Assembly: GCF_006345805.1 (NCBI RefSeq)
Contig: NC_043007.1
Location: 66,960,001-67,024,000 of the forward strand
Length of the DNA stretch: 64,000 nt
From: Octopus sinensis
Taxonomy: Eukaryota
Direction: 5' to 3'
The notes beneath the pieces were generated by a model. The model had not been told where the DNA came from. It made no database searches and saw only the letters and a list, made by a program, of their open reading frames with translations. Each line of letters starts with the position of its first letter. The stretch's first letter is position 1. The translations under genes were made by a program, and so were the position numbers. Below, one piece after another: positions 61,909 through 64,000 of this stretch.

Positions 61909-62018
61909 TTAACCTTTAGCACACTGCATTTTCTCTAGAATTGTTGCCACTGCCCTGTTAGTACAAAGGAGAAAACTCATACAGTGACATGAAGCACCTA
62001 CAGTGTGCTAAAGGTTAA
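61909..62018. mobile_element. 102-bp piggyBac-type mini-MITE with TTAA TSD
   Basis: TTAA-cctttagcacactg ... cagtgtgctaaagg-TTAA (perfect 14-bp TIR). Confidence 0.85.
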
Positions 62019-62236
62019 AAACCAAACTATGTACCAGATTAAGTAAGATAAGATAATGACACCAGTACTAATTGCTATACAATATCAACATTGACACTAT
62101 TACTGCCAACACCTACACAACACAATATTGATACCACTACTACCTCCATCACAACAGCAACACTGACACCATTACTACTGCCAATACAATAGCAACATTA
62201 ATAACAAACACTACAGCATCAACACAACAGCAACAT

Positions 62237-62460
62237 TAACCCTTTAGCATTTAAACCAACTGTATTAGACCCAGATATTCTAACTGTTTTATGCACAAAC
62301 TGGCTAGATCAGGCCTCTCACGACTACCCTATAGTGTCATCTTAAAAATAAACAGTCACATCATTGAAATCTCAAAGCTACAAGATAATGCATGATTATT
62401 TCAAAATAATGTGAAAAAATAGGAACTATTTTTGACAGAGTAATTTGAATGCTAAAAGAG
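62237..62460 (+). mobile_element. piggyBac-like MITE, full length
   Basis: ttaa-ccctttagcatttaaac ... aatgctaaaag. Confidence 0.75.
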
Positions 62461-62835
62461 TCAATATCACTACCTTTACATCAGTGATACTACTACTACT
62501 ACCTCCAACAAAACAATAACATTAATACTACTACAGTTACTATTATCACCAATACAGTATTAACCATTAACACTGCTATGGGAGAGTTCAGAGGATAGCT
62601 GGCTAAGTTCAGCTGCTGTGAGGAATGGAGAATCTTATGATTTCGGCTCTTGTCTTTGATCTGAGATTGGGGGAGAGAGAGAAAGTGATGTTGATGTCCT
62701 GGCTGTAGAGAGAAGAAAATGAGGAATGTATTTAGAGGAAGGTGGGGCAGAGAGAGAGGAGCAGGGTGATGAGAGGGTGTTAGAAGTTGGGGCGTGAAAT
62801 GAATGGAGTGGATGGTAATTATGTTAAAAACATTG

Positions 62836-62895
62836 AGAGTGGTGTAGACATGGCCATTTCCTTAAAGAGTGGTGTAGACATGGCCAATTCCTTAA
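62836..62895. repeat. 30-bp tandem duplication within a purine-rich (possibly L2-like) remnant
   Basis: agagtggtgtagacatggcca(t/a)ttccttaa x2. Confidence 0.8.
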
Positions 62896-63039
62896 TCAAA
62901 GGAAAAATAAGAAGTGAGAAGTTCAATAGGAGAGAAACAAGAGTAAGAGGGGAGCTGTAAGTAGAGGGGTAGGAGAGAAAGTACACTCACACCTAGAAAT
63001 AACTACTTGGAGATAACAACACCTCTAGCATGTTCTTTT

Positions 63040-63412
63040 TTATTCTTTTACTTGTTTCAGTCATTGGACTGTGGCCATGCTGGGGTACCACCTTGAAGGG
63101 TTTTAGTCAAACAAATCAAACTCGGTACTTAAGCCTGGTACTTATTCTTGCAGTCTCTTTTGCAGAACCACTAAGGAACCGGAACATAAACTAACCCATA
63201 CCAGCTGTTAAGCAGTGGCAAGTCACACACACACACATTTATATACACAACAGGGTTTTTTTCCCCATTTCCATCTACCAAATCCACCCACAAGACTTTG
63301 GTTGGTCTGGAGCTATAGTAGAAGACACTTGTCTAATGTGCTATACAGTGAGACTGAACCCAGAACCATGTGATTAGAAAGCAAGCTTCTTACCACACAG
63401 CCACATCAGCAC
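63040..63412 (-). mobile_element. CORE-like SINE (family 1)
   Basis: family 1 motifs. Confidence 0.75.
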
Positions 63413-64000
63413 CTATTTTTCATTTTAAATAAATAAAATTCTGTGCTGCACCTCAATTTTTTCAAATTTAAATTAAGTGAATCTAACGGTTTTTGTGTGT
63501 TTTTAAATGACTTATAAACACCTTCCATGCTGCAATTGTTTTTGTTTCAGCACATGATCTCAGATCCACTACATCTCTGTAATTCTGAAAGCTTGAGCCA
63601 GGCTACCGAAACTCTAAGGAAAGCCATTACTTGTTGCTTGAGAAAAATAACAGCTAAGCAACAGCTTCATTTCAATAAATAAAACATTTAACCAGTATTT
63701 GTAATTAAGATTATATACGCTTACATGTATAGATACAGAGCTTAACTTATCTAAATTGTATATATATTCAAAGTTGTGAACATATACACAATAGTGTCCC
63801 CAAGATACATATTGCACCAACAGTAGATGCCGCTCTATCAACTCTGTCCAGGACCATGTATTTCGTATTGGTATTGTTTTGATGATAAACAACATATGTA
63901 ACTCTTGATTATCACTGAAGGACATATTTATCCGATTGTAGTATATAAGATTATATATACAACTATACACTCTAACACATATAGAAGTAGAGAAGACCAC

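Overview
AT-rich, repeat-saturated animal genomic DNA, most likely a coleoid cephalopod (Octopus-like). That call rests on my recognition of the tRNA-derived SINE families and microsatellite load, not on a database search. No complete protein-coding gene is visible, so the window reads as a large intron or intergenic region. Almost all ORF-track entries are artefacts of microsatellites and SINEs. Coding signal is limited to TE remnants: a young Tx1/L1-clade LINE 3' end (58967-59602), a decayed R4/Dong-clade LINE (42635-44130), Chapaev3-like transposase remnants (40385-42129, 9240-9800), RTE fragments with a C2H2 finger, and a CR1/L2-like fragment. One isolated 60-nt candidate exon lies at 15530-15589. 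The most interesting observations: (1) an (ATT)n-microsatellite retroelement ecosystem, with a Tx1 LINE whose 3' tail matches a SINE variant, a seven-copy SINE array directly behind it, and a Dong LINE using the same repeat in the opposite orientation; (2) several Penelope-type type I hammerhead ribozyme motifs or remnants; (3) two long pri-miRNA-like hairpins with strand-biased G.U pairing; (4) a composite piggyBac-MITE carrying the same SINE at the same site, present twice. All structures were read by eye and coordinates of decayed elements are approximate.
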